Below, in pieces: positions 12,508 to 24,469 of a stretch of 64,000 bases of DNA; the first letter of the stretch is position 1, and each line of letters begins with the position of its first letter. The stretch spans positions 178,312,001-178,376,000 of the forward strand of contig OZ024743.1 of the NCBI GenBank assembly GCA_964016885.1, in the 5' to 3' direction. This DNA comes from Eledone cirrhosa. Taxonomy: Eukaryota. A model generated the notes under the pieces. That model did no database searches and was not told the DNA's origin. It saw only the letters and a list, made by a program, of their open reading frames with translations. The position numbers and the translations under genes are program-made.

Positions 12508-12823
12508 GGAGGCACATGGCTTAGTGGTTAGAGCATTGGCCTTGCAATCGAAAGGTTGTGAGTTCAATTCTCAGACCGGGTGATGTGTTGTTTCCTTGAG
12601 CAAGACACTTTATTTCACATTACTCCAGTTTACTCAGCTGTAGAAATGGAATGCCACTGTATAGTGGACGTGTAGGCCCTACGGAAAAAAAAAAAGCACC
12701 CAGCACTCACTGTAAATGAGGTTGGTGTTAGGAAGTGCATCCAGCTGTAGAAATCAAGCCAAAATCAGTTCCCGTCCCACCCTTGCAAGCAGGGAAAAGC
12801 GGACGTAAAATGATGATGATGAT
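12508..12823 (+). mobile_element. Complete tRNA-derived SINE with an RTE-derived 3' half
   Basis: A box tggcttagtgg, B box gagttcaattc, CORE-like ccttgagcaagacactt, then an RTE-A2 3'UTR-like block, the RTE-B terminus and (gat)n. Confidence 0.9.
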
Positions 12824-13784
12824 AATAAGAGCGCTGTTTGTCACTGTATATAGAGAGAATGAGCATCTAGCGAGAGATATGTAGATAGAAACAGAAAAGG
12901 GAACACAATGTGTTTTTGAGATAACAGAAAGAGTTATGGAGACACCCTCATCTATATATAGAGAGTGGCGGAGCACCAAGCCAAAGAGATGTACATAAGT
13001 GTATACAGAGAAAAATAACACCATTTGTTTAGAGAGAGTGGGGGGGGGGGGGGAGACAGAAAGAGGGAGAAGACACTGTCGCCCTTATCTAGTAATAATA
13101 CTAATAATCATATCGCATTATATATCCTACTAAATATTATTCTGAATAAAATGTACTTGAAACTTTTTCCCAAACAAAACATTGAAGTGCAAATCCCCCC
13201 TCCTCCCTCCTCTTCTTTTTCACCACTAACACCACCACCACCACCACCTCCACCACCATTTAACGTCCATTTTTCCATTTAGTAAGGGTTGGATATGTCG
13301 TCACAGGTCAAGTCAGTACTTAATTGGTGCTACTAAACCCTCAGACATGGTTGTGGTGTTGGTCGTTGTGATTGTTGTGGTGGTGGTGGTGATTGTGGTG
13401 GCCGTGATGGTGGTGGTGAATGTTGTGGCCATGGTGGTGGAGGTGGTGGTGATGGTAGTTAACTTTTACACAGTTTCAGATACCAAATTATACTCACAAA
13501 ATATTGATCAGTACAATCTTATTGATCTAGTAGATATGGAAGTATGTGGTTGTACAGCAAACTTTGTAACTACACAGCCATGTCTGTGTCCACTTAGTTA
13601 TAGCTGAGCTACCTTCAAGCATGGGTCTACTCAAGCCTGACCAGGTGCTAAACAACAACAATATAACTATTAAACTATTATTATGAGTCACTCAACCAGC
13701 TAAATATAAGAGCCAAATTATATCAAAATACACACACTACTGTTTTGAAAAAAATAAGTATATGTTAGAATAATGGAATGGTTG

Positions 13785-14170
13785 TATGGCCTAATGTTAT
13801 GTGTGCTGGACTTACGATCATAACATCATGGGTTCAATTCCAGGACTGAGTTGTGTGTTGTGTTCTTGAGCAAAACAGTTTATTTCACATTGCTCCAGCA
13901 TGCTCAGCTGAAAATGAGTACCAGCAATAGCTGGGGTTTTAATTCTGCAATGGACTGGCATCCTGTCCAGGGAAAAGTCTTGTACTCTCAGTCACTTAAC
14001 ACCACAGAAACCAGATTAAACACTGACTTGATGAGCCCTCAGTTTTCAAACAAACTTTAACCCTGCATGGAGTGATGTTCTGTCTAGCGGGGAAGTCTTG
14101 TACTCTCAGTCGCCTCATGCCACAGAAACTGCAATAAGCACCGGCCTGCTGAGCCTCTGGGCTTGAGACA
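13785..14170 (+). mobile_element. Degenerate tRNA-derived SINE
   Basis: tggcctaatg and gggttcaattcc boxes, ttcttgagcaaaacagtttatttcacattgctccag core, and a duplicated 3' block. Confidence 0.65.
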
Positions 14171-14227
14171 GACTTTAGACATATTTTTACACAGATTAGA
14201 AAAGTTGAGAGTAAAGGAACAATATCA

Positions 14228-14575
14228 TTATGGATGTGCATGAATGACCAAGCATAGACGAGTTGAGAAAGAAACTGTGTATGAGAGGGATAAGCTGTAG
14301 TGTGCGGGAGAAAAGACTGCGTTGGTATAGACATGTGATGCGCATGGAGGAAGGCCGCTGGGTAAAGAAGTGCCAAGAAATCCCAGTGGAAGGAAGACGC
14401 AGTAGTAGAAGACCACAAAAATCATGGGCAAAAGTGGTGAGAGCTGACCTCAGATCGCTGAAGCTCACAGAGGAGATGATGAAGGGGCGTGACAAATGGA
14501 GAGATACTGTGCTGAATAGGACCCATCCTACCTTTACAAGCAGGGAAAAGCGGACATAAAATGATGATGATGAGG
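14228..14575 (+). mobile_element. RTE family B 3' fragment
   Basis: RLRWYRHVMRM motif and the B-type terminus. It ends ~40 bp from a WDR93 splice donor. Confidence 0.88.
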
Positions 14576-14611
14576 AAGATGATTAGTTCCAGAATAAAAT
14601 AACAGTCATAC

Positions 14612-14813
14612 CATTAACATAAACATAACTGGCTGCTGGTGTTAGTGACATAGTATCATCATCTGTAAAATCTGGTTTTATTTCAACTGTAGCAACAATA
14701 GGATCCCATATTGGTAGCAAATTATAATTATTTGGCAACTTAAGTTGACAGACAGTTTGTCCTTTGGTTAGCTCCATCAGCACTATCACACTGTTATTGA
14801 ATGTCATCAGAAG
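14612..14813 (-). CDS. WDR93: WDR93 internal exon (LLMTFNNSVIVLMELTKGQTVCQLKLPNNYNLLPIWDPIVAT...YVYVN-G)
   Basis: 202-nt exon bounded by atcttggcag and gtatga. Matches the recalled WDR93 segment [27 protein letters not shown]...PWKPVFAV. Confidence 0.85.
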
Positions 14814-15022
14814 CTGCCAAGATAAATAAATTACAAAATATAATATTAGTTTCGTTGAAACAAAAGACGAGATGGAGTAATACCACATAGATTAAGACCA
14901 GAAAGAGACACAAAAGAGAACAGATAGTAATTGATGAGGTCACAAAATGTGTAACAAAAGAACTTTGACAAACTAACTAATAACTAGTAATAAAGATGAA
15001 GTGAAATTCCATATGGTGTGTA

Positions 15023-15705
15023 GCTACATCCCTAATACTAACCAATTTCTAGAAAGTAGTAATAATACCTAACTACATCCTTAATACTAACTAATTTCTA
15101 GAAAGTAGTAATGATACCTAACTACATCCCTAATACTAACCAATTTCTAGGAAGTAGTAATGATACCTAACTACATCCCTAATACTAACCAATTTCTAGA
15201 AAATAGTAATGAAACCTAACTACATCCCTAATACTAACCAATTTCTAGAAAATAGTAATGAAACCTAACTACATCCCTAATACTAACCAATTTCTAGAAA
15301 ATAGTAATGAAACCTAACTACATCCCTAATACTAACCAATTTCTAGAAAATAGTAATGAAACCTAACTACATCCCTAATACTAACCAATTTCTAGAAAAT
15401 AGTAATGAAACCTAACTACATCCCTAATACTAACCAATTTCTAGAAAATAGTAATGATATCTAACCACATCCCTAATACTAATCAATTTCTAGAAAGTAG
15501 TTCTGACACCTAACTACATACCTAATACTAACCAATTTCTAGAAAGTAGTTCTGACACCTAACTACATCCCTAATACTAACCAATTTCTAGAAAGTGGTA
15601 ATGACACCTAACCACATCCCTAATACTAATCAATTTCTAGAAAGTAGTTCTGACACCTAACTACATCCCTAATACTAACCAATTTCTAGAAAGTAGTTTT
15701 GACAC
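15023..15705. repeat. 49-bp minisatellite, ~14 copies
   Basis: Unit ctaactacatccctaatactaaccaatttctagaaaatagtaatgaaac, inside a ~1-kb WDR93 intron. Confidence 0.95.
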
Positions 15706-15852
15706 TCATCTTTCCTATCCTGTTACATGATGCATCTAAAGTTATGTTGTTTGTTTAAAGTTACTAAAGAAATCACAAAACATAAATAGACGCAAACTAG
15801 TCACAATAAAAGATTCCATTAAATACTAAAAAAAAAAAAAAAAAAACTGTAC

Positions 15853-15913
15853 CAGCTGATTTTTTCCAGAAATAGGGGTCACCTTATTAACAGCTGCTTC
15901 TGGAAACTTTGGT
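15853..15913 (-). CDS. WDR93: WDR93 internal exon (PKFPEAAVNKVTPISGKNQL)
   Basis: 61-nt exon bounded by cttcacag and gtacag. Phase 2 start and phase 0 end bridge the two neighbouring exons exactly. Confidence 0.8.
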
Positions 15914-16330
15914 CTGTGAAGATTTAGAAAATATACAAAAAATAAAAAAATTAAAAGAAAATTAAGATTAATATAATGTCAATATTATAGGTGAAAAGAT
16001 GCAATATTATACATGACTAAAATGTATATTAGTATAAATCTCATATGTTATGAAATAAATAGGATGGCTTGGGGTCTCAATATATAAAGTAAATAACTAA
16101 TTCAGGTTTTTAAAAAAGTTAGCAGAGACAACCTAGAAAAATTACTGATTTTGCAACCTCCGCACTTATTCCTCCTCCCCCTATTATTTAGGAACCACAA
16201 GAAATTACTGTCATATTCAATTATCAAATGAACATTGGTTATGTAAGTGAAATCTCAGTCATGAAAATAAACTAAAATCTCTTCATTTCAATGGTTCAGA
16301 ATAAACAATGATGATGATGATGATGATGAT

Positions 16331-16560
16331 GAAGAGAAGCAAATTCCGGAGCTTGTTTGGCCACTTCCTCTTTGTATTGGTTGCCATGAAGACCTCAAGC
16401 ATCCTCGGACCCTGGACAGCTGACCTCATCCATAAAAATCGGATCGACAGCAGCCCGTCTGAGGAAGGATCCCCGCGAGGTGGGGTGGCTGTTGCAGCAG
16501 GTGTCGCTGACCATTGTTCGCAGAAATATCTTTGCTATTTTGTCTGTGGGGCACAGCCAA
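16331..16560 (+). mobile_element. CRE-like non-LTR element remnant (restriction-like endonuclease C-terminus)
   Basis: With one frameshift it reads KRSKFRSL..HFLFVLVAMKTSSILGP...DPREVGWLLQQVSLTIVRRN. This resembles the K..KY...F.P.A.ET.G.WG...FLFQRISIAIQRGN pattern. Confidence 0.6.
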
Positions 16561-16744
16561 AATACAGCTCTGACCTAGGTGTAGAGTTTGTCACCCTCTC
16601 ACCCTTCTTCCTTCCTTTATCTATTAGTCCTTGCTCTTCTCCTCCTTTTCCTTTCCAATACTGCTCCCTTTTTCTATATGTTTACCAAATATAAATAAAA
16701 TAATCAATTAAAATAAACAAATAACAGTTATTTAAATATCTTAC

Positions 16745-16940
16745 GCAGATAACACTGTATTAATTGTGAATGAGCCATCAGTGAAAGTGAAGTATTGTAC
16801 GAGGCCGCTGTGTAAAACAGCAATGAGGTGGCAACTCACTGAATCTGGTTGTTCATTGTTTGGGGAGGAATTTATGGAAAGGAAGCGTAAATCTTTAACA
16901 CAGCCATCTTGACTAAGATCAAAAACACCAGATGATATAC
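16745..16940 (-). CDS. WDR93: WDR93 internal exon (G-ISSGVFDLSQDGCVKDLRFLS...FTINTVLS-A)
   Basis: 196-nt exon bounded by ttttgcag and gtaaga. Its phase-1 start joins the 31884 exon in frame (G|GT=Gly). Collinear with the recalled WDR93 GFPLGVAAL...TISVL segment. Confidence 0.85.
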
Positions 16941-17864
16941 CTGCAAAATAGAAGGTTGTATAAATTAAATGCCGAGCCAGATTTAGAGCAGGTCGACGGT
17001 GCATTTGTCCCAAACTCTCCATCAGCCAGGGGCCCAATCAGCAAAGGTAAGGCCTAGGAGGATAGATGTGCCCTGGGACTGCCAAAGGCATGCCCTCTGA
17101 TGGGCTTTTTGGATTTTATCTTTTAGACACATCAGAACAATAATTTTAAGAAAAAGTATTTAATGTCAATCCTGTGGCCAATTCATTGAAATTTTTCTAC
17201 TCTGGCAACATCATATGGTTGTTGTAGAAGGTAAGGGGCTGTGATCATCCAGTTTTATGCAAGAATATGGTGTATATGTGTATGTATGCATGTGCGTATA
17301 GGTGTATTTTATAAATGTCTATATATATATATTTGTGTATGAGTGTGTGTGCTTGTATGTGTTTTTAAGTACATTTAAGTGTGGAAAGTTCACTTATAAA
17401 TGAAGGTGGTCAGATTCTTTCATTTAACATCTGTATATATATAACTTGAGAATTCCAATTACATGTGCCTAGCTGACTTTGAAATGTAAACTTTGAGGTT
17501 TGTCGTATATTTTGATTTTTTGTGTCATTTTAATGCCACGATAAAAAGCACCCATGGCTGGTGTTAGGAAGAGTATCCAGCTGTAGAAATCAAGCCAAAA
17601 TACAGATCTATATGAGCAAGATATGGTCACTTGACTTGTCTTGTCTCATAACATGACAACCTGTCTAACCCATGTGAGTGTGGAACATAGATGTTAGATG
17701 ATGATGATGATGATATGATCTGTATTGTAGCATAACAGACATCCTACAAATTCATTGAACTGATCTAATTAGAGTGAGCTATCTTAACCAGCAGCTCAGT
17801 AAAACGTTGATCTGGTGATGGTAAATGAATTCAGTTCTTAGCTAACTGAATGACATTTTACTGG

Positions 17865-18110
17865 ACAGTTACAATACGTAACTGATTCTACTAACACATA
17901 AATCACTGATATTAAATCTTTGTATGTAAATCTTTCCACATAAACAGTAAACAGTTACAATATTTAACTAATTGTACTAACAGATAAATGACTGATACTA
18001 AATCCTTCCACATAAATTTTTCCACATAAACATTAAACAGTTATGATACTTAACTAATTGTATTAACATATAAATGGCTGATAATAAATCTTTCTACATA
18101 CCAGTAAACT
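17865..18110. repeat. Degenerate ~85-bp tandem repeat, ~3 copies
   Basis: Recurring acagttacaata...actaaca.ataaat..ctgata.taaatc...ccacataaaca.taa. Confidence 0.65.
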
Positions 18111-18644
18111 CTATAGAATACTTTTCTACCTCTTTGAATGTAAGTTGACATATCAAGGAGATACAAGTTGCTAAGAAGTCACTGTTGAAATAAAGAGGCA
18201 TTCAGAAGAAATAAAGATATGTATCAGAGATGAAACTGTATTGAAGTAACAGTCTCAGTTGACAACAGATCTGTTTAACGATTTCTTAAATTAGCATTAG
18301 TGTTGGAGTCAGGTATAGTCAATTTAATGATGTCCAGTACAGAAGTTTCACTGATTGTTATCTACTCAAAACAGATGCCAACATTTAAGCTTCTATATGG
18401 TCCCTCAACTTGCTAGAAATAGCAACTAAATCTCCATCAAATGACACTATACTATCTTAAAAATGTAATGGATTGTGTAATTCTATATATACTATGCCTG
18501 AAGAAAAAGGCAGAAGACAGGTTGGTGAGGACTGGAACAACTTTGAACATCGTTTTGCTTAAGAGCAACAAAACAAAAGATTATTTTTAAATTTAAACCC
18601 TGGTGGAATTTTAATTCTGACTACAGGCTCTCTATGCACTACTA

Positions 18645-19427
18645 CTCTCTATGCACTTCTTTAAGGCTTACTACCCTGTCTTTAACCTAATTCATTCAAT
18701 CTGAAAATATTGAAGAGATAAGACACTTTCCCATTCCTCTCTGCTAAAATGTTTCACTAGAGCTGATTCCAATTTTTCCAGCCATCCATCTAATCTACGA
18801 AGGTATTTTAGCCTACATATTGTCGTTAATATTATGATGTTCCCTGCTGTATTAGCGTTAAATTTTCCCTGCTGTATTAGCGATAAATTTTCGAGGGTTT
18901 CTCTCTTAGTAGTTTTTTTCATGACGTTATTATTGTTAATTTTACTGATGTAGTATTAACTTATTAACTTGGATATTTACCATGCGGTATTCTAATCCTA
19001 TTGTATCTCTCTCAGTTATTTACCATGCGACCCTCAGTTCCTACCCCCCCCCCCCTCTCTATGCACTTCTTTAAGGCTTACTACCCTGTCTTTAACCTAA
19101 TTCATTCAATCTGAAAATATTGAAGAGATAAGACACTTTCCCATTCCTCTCTGCTAAAATGTTTCACTAGAGCTGATTCCAATTTTTCCAGCCATCCATC
19201 TAATCTACGAAGGTATTTTAGCCTACATATTGTCGTTAATATTATGATGTTCCCTGCTGTATTAGCGTTAAATTTTCCCTGCTGTATTAGCGTTAAATTT
19301 TCCCTGCTGTATTAGCGATAAATTTTCGAGGGTTTCTCTTAGTAGTTTTTTCATGACGTTATTATTGTTAATTTTACTGATGTAGTATTAACTTGGATAT
19401 TTACCATGCGACCCTCAGTTCCTACCT
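18645..19427 (+). repeat. Tandem duplication of ~400 bp in the 5' region of the full-length RTE
   Basis: 18645-19054 and 19055-19427 are near-identical and both start ctctctatgcacttc. They differ in the copy number of an internal 27-bp repeat and by small indels. Confidence 0.92.
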
Positions 19428-19666
19428 CACAATTTCCCTCCCCTCCACCCCCACACACCACCATAGTCTATTCGACCAATCAAACCTAGCATGCCATTTC
19501 CACTGCTGCTGCTACTACCTGCCTAACTAACTCTCTCCTCCTCTGGCGCATCCCAACACACCCTGCCATTACCCCACCACCACTGTTCTTCTAGCCCTCA
19601 ATTTTCCCACCGTTATGGATGGATGAGCTGGGAATACACGAGCAACTCTGAATCAATAGATGAAAT

Positions 19667-22600
19667 ATGAATCTGCGAGCTACCAAGCACCCACGTGAAG
19701 CGCCAACCCAGAGACCCTCCCCTACGAGTGTCGACAAACGCCCAAAACTCCGAGTTGGTACCATCAATGTAGGCTCAATGAAAGGAAGAGCAGGAGAAAT
19801 CGTAGAAATGCTAGAGCGAAAGGAAGTTGATGTATGCTGTGTGCAAGAGACTAGATGGAGAGGAGGGTCTGCTAGAGTCCTTGTAGGAAAAAGCCAGTGC
19901 TACAAATTTTTCTGGGTGGGAAATGACGATGGGATGGGTGGTGTAGGTATACTATTAGCTGACAAGTGGGTAGATAAAGTAATCTCAGTGTACAGGGTAA
20001 ATGCAAGAATCATTAAACTCAGACTAGTCCTGAATAAGACAATTACCACAATAATATCAGCTTACGCACCCCAATCGGGGCTGCCAGACGAACTTAAGGA
20101 TAGGTTTTACGAGTCCCTAATACACACTACTGCTCTAACAGACGACAAGGACTTCCTAATCATTGCAGGAGATTTTAACGGACACGTAGGTAAACACTGC
20201 GACGGCTTCAATAGAGTACATGGAGGCCATGGAGTTGGCACAAGGAATGAGGAAGGATTCAGACTTCTAGAATTCTGCGACGCCAATGACATGTCGATAT
20301 GTAACACAAACTTTAAAAAACCCGACAACCACCTGATCACCTATAGATCAGGGGAGCACTCTAGTCAGTTAGATTTTATCCTCATCAGAGGACGTGACAG
20401 ATGGACGGTCGTAAACACAAAAGCCTTCCCTAGTGAGGAATGTACATCCCAACATAGCTTAGTTGTCAGCGACCTCACGGTCAGAACTAGACGAGCCCTG
20501 AAACAGAGGCCAACCTGGAGAAGAAAGATCTGGAAGCTGAAAGTCCCCTCAACCAGTAACAGATTTAAAGATATTTTACTCAACGCCTACGACAGTAAAG
20601 AAGAACAGATAGAGACATTTAACGTAGAAGAGAACTGGGAGTTCCTAAAAAATAACTTACTAGAGGCGACGGATGAGGTTTGTGGCTGGAGTAAGACCTC
20701 AAGCAGGAGGAGAGTGACTTGGTGGTGGAACAATAAGGTAGATGAAGCAGTCAAGGCCAAGAGACAGGCATGGAAAGAATGGAAGAACGGGGGGAGCAGG
20801 GTACATTACATAGAGACCAAGAGGGAAGCTAGGCGACAAGTATACTTAGCTAGGAGGGAAGCAGAGGATAGAAAATTCAAGCATGTTTTACAACGTGAGG
20901 ACCAGAAACAGGAGGTATTCAAGATTGCGAGGCAGTGTGTCAGAGATAGTTGTGATGTCATTGGAGAGAAGTGTATCCGGAATGATAAAGGTGAGCTTGC
21001 CCTCACAAGTGCTGAGAAGAAAGATGCATGGAAGAGTCATTATGATAGATTACTAAATGAGGAGAATGCATGGGAAGAAGAGACCCTACCCCACGTAGAC
21101 CCTATAGAGGGACCAGCAGTACAAGTCAGCGGCAGCGTAGTAAGTAAGGCAATCAGAGATATGAAGATAGGGAAGGCAACCGGTCCATCGGGTATAGCTG
21201 CCGAGATGCTGAAGGCATCTGGGTCTGTAGGTCACACTATAACCACACGTATCGTTAACCAGGTAATACTAGAGGGGGCCATACCAAAAGATTGGTGCAG
21301 TAGCATCATTGTCAACTGCTACAAAGGTAAAGGCGATGCACTAGATAGAGGAAACTATAGAGGTATAAAGTTGATGGACCAGGTCATGAAAGTAACAGAA
21401 AGAGTTATAGCACAGCTGATTAGGGACCGGGTGAATATAGACGAGATGCAATTTGGGTTTGTACCAGGGAAAGGCACCACTGATGCCCTCTTCCTTGTGA
21501 GGCAATTACAGGAAAAGTACCTAGCTAAAAGTAAGCCACTCTACTTGGCATTTGTCGACCTTGAGAAAGCCTTTGACAGAGTTCCACGTGCAGTAATCTG
21601 GTGGGCTCTTAGAAAACTAGGAGTAGATGAATGGCTTGTGAAAGCGGTACAAGCCATGTATAGGGGAGCAGTCAGCAAAGTTAGGATTGGCAATGAGTAT
21701 AGCGAGGAATTTAGCGTACAGGTTGGGTCCACCAGGGCTCTGTTCTTAGCCCTCTCCTGTTCATCATAGTCCTGCAGGCAATAACGGAGGAGTTTAAGAC
21801 CGGATGCCCATGGGAACTCCTGTATGCTGATGACCTCGCACTCATAGCTGAATCTATGGTAGAACTAGAGAATAAATTCCAAACCTGGAAGCAGGGACTA
21901 GAGAGAAAGGGCCTCAAAGTCAACATGACAAAGACTAAGGTCCTTATAAGTAGACGAGAAAACAGAACCCAGATCCCCTCAGGGAAATGGCCTTGCTCAG
22001 TATGTAGGAAAGGTGTAGGTAGGAACTCCATTCTCTGCCCCAAATGCAAACAATGGGTACACAAGAGATGTAGCGGGATCTCAGGAAGCTTAATTAAGAA
22101 TGTAGAATTCACATGCAGCAGCTGTGCTGAAACAGCAAGCAAACAGCCACAGGAAACAAGTACCACCAATCTCTGGGAGGGCCCTGTAGAAACAGTAGAC
22201 AGCTTCTGCTACCTAGGTGACCGAATTAGCAGCGGAGGTGGGTGCTCAGAAAGTACAATAACTAGGGTAAGAACGGGATGGAAGAAGTTTAGGGAACTAC
22301 TACCACTGCTAGCTGCAAAAGGCTTCTCCCTCAGAATGAAAGGCAGACTGTATGATGCGTGTATCCGAACAGCGATGTTGCATGGTAGTGAGACCTGGGC
22401 GCTGAAGGTGGAAGACTTACGTAGATTAGAGAGAAACGAAGCCTGCATGCTCCGATGGATGTGTAACAGTAATATACGTGAACGACAAAGCATAAAGGAA
22501 TTGAGAGAGAGACTGAGCATAAGAGGAATCAAATGCTGCGTGCAGGAGAGGCGGTTACGCTGGTATGGACATGTGATGCGTATGAAGGATGACAGCTGCA

Positions 22601-22785
22601 TAAAAAGGTGCAGAGCACTAGAAGTTGATGGAAACCGCGGAGTGGGGAGACCCAAGATGACTTGGGATGAGGTGATAAAAGCCGACCTTACCCAACTACA
22701 CCTCTCAAAGTCAATGACACACGACCGTGACTTCTGGCGTCACGCAGTAATACAGGGTACCCGACCTCCCATGGGTACATGCTGA
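19667..22785 (+). CDS. RTE polyprotein: APE endonuclease, RT and inserted PHD finger (~1040 aa), one 1-nt deletion at 21725-21727
   Basis: APE motifs VQETRW, SAYAPQ, GDFNGH, LDFIL and SQH. RT motifs [24 protein letters not shown] and YADD. ORFs 19667-21769 and 21856-22785 join if one base is restored in GTTGGGTCC. Confidence 0.93.
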
Positions 22786-23084
22786 AGCATATAAACAATA
22801 TGCCCCCCCCCCCCCACCGCAAGGTGGTCGTGGAGGTGCCACGGCAAAAAAGCACCCAGCCCACACTGTAAAGTGGACGTGTAGGCACCACGAAAAAGCA
22901 CCCAGCACTCACTGTAAATGAGGCTGGTGTTAGGAAGGGCATCCAGCTGTAGAAATCAAGCCAGATCAGTTCCTGTATGAGCAAGGCATGGTCAGCCGAC
23001 CAGACACTGCCCACAACAGGACAACCCGTCTAACCCATGCTAGCGTGGAAGAACGGACGTAAAACGGTGATGATGATGATGATG

Positions 23085-24431
23085 AGGCGTAATAGAAATA
23101 ACAACACAAATTTTAATTCTGACTGCAGAGGTAATAGAAATAACTACACAAATTTTAATTCTGACTTCAGAGGTAATAGAAATAACTACACAAATTTTAA
23201 TTCTGACTGCAGAGGTAATAGAAATAACTACACAAATTTTAATTCTGACTGCAGAGGTAATAGAAATAACTACACAAATTTTAATTCTGACTGCAGAGGT
23301 AATAGAAATAACTACACAAATTTTAATTCTGACTGCAGAGGTAATAGAAATAACTACACAAATTTTAATTCTGACTACAGGGGTAATAGAAATAACTACA
23401 CAAATTTTAATTCTGACTGTAGAGGTAATAGAAATAACTACACAAATTTTAATTCTGACTGCAGAGGTAATAGAAATAACTACACAAATTTTAATTCTGA
23501 CTGCAGAGGTAATAGAAATAACTACACAAATTTTAATTCTGACTGCAGAGGTAATAGAAATAACTACACAAATTTTAATTCTGACTGTAGGGGTAATAGA
23601 AATAACTACACAAATTTTAATTCTGACTGCAGAGGTAATAGAAATAACTACACAAATTTTAATTCTGACTGCAGAGGTAATAGAAATAACTACACAAATT
23701 TTAATTCTGACTGCAGAGGTAATAGAAATAACTACACAAATTTTAATTCTGACTGCAGAAGTAATAGAAATAACTACACAAATTTTAATTCTGACTGCAG
23801 AGGTAATAGAAATAACTACACAAATTTTAATTCTGACTGCAGAGGTAATAGAAATAACTACACAAATTTTAATTCTGACTGCAGAGGTAATAGAAATAAC
23901 TACACAAATTTTAATTCTGACTGCAGAGGTAATAGAAATAACTACACAAATTTTAATTCTGACTGCAGAGGTAATAGAAATAACTACACAAATTTTAATT
24001 CTGACTGCAGAGGTAATAGAAATAACTACACAAATTTTAATTCTGACTGCAGAGGTAATAGAAATAACTACACAAATTTTAATTCTGACTGCAGAGGTAA
24101 TAGAAATAACTACACAAATTTTAATTCTGACTGTAGAGGTAATAGAAATAACTACACAAATTTTAATTCTGACTGTAGGGGTAATAGAAATAACTACACA
24201 AATTTTAATTCTGACTGTAGGGGTAATAGAAATAACTACACAAATTTTAATTCTGACTGCAGAGGTAATAGAAATAACTACACAAATTTTAATTCTGACT
24301 GCAGAGGTAATAGAAATAACTACACAAATTTTAATTCTGACTGCAGGGGTAATAGAAATAACTACACAAATTTTAATTCTGACTGCAGGGGTAATAGAAA
24401 TAACTACACAAATTTTAATTCTGACTGCAGA

Positions 24432-24437
<6 letters not shown>
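23085..24437. repeat. 42-bp minisatellite, left arm (~32 copies)
   Basis: Unit aggtaatagaaataactacacaaattttaattctgactgcag. Confidence 0.97.

Positions 24438-24469
<32 letters not shown>

Larger units (their letters stand above)
18629..23084 (+). mobile_element. Full-length RTE LINE, family A2 (~4.45 kb)
   Basis: About 1 kb of 5' region, an APE-RT ORF, 3' UTR and (gat)n tail. It interrupts a unit of the 42-bp repeat, with aggc on both sides (18625-18628 and 23085-23088). Confidence 0.93.

Noticed and set aside
12508-12590. tRNA gene
   Set aside because: A and B boxes are present, but the sequence runs into a SINE body and tail and is repeated in several copies.
13060-13095. Second Helitron 3' end (gacactgtcgcccttatctag|t)
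   Set aside because: The hairpin is weak and I found no matching 5' TC terminus.
18131-18361. Exon-like AG...GT segment on the minus strand (ITISETSVLDIIKL...), and a similar one at ~29333-29489
   Set aside because: Each has three in-frame stops in its best frame, and the flanking WDR93 exons already join in frame without them. Rescue by RNA editing would be pure speculation.
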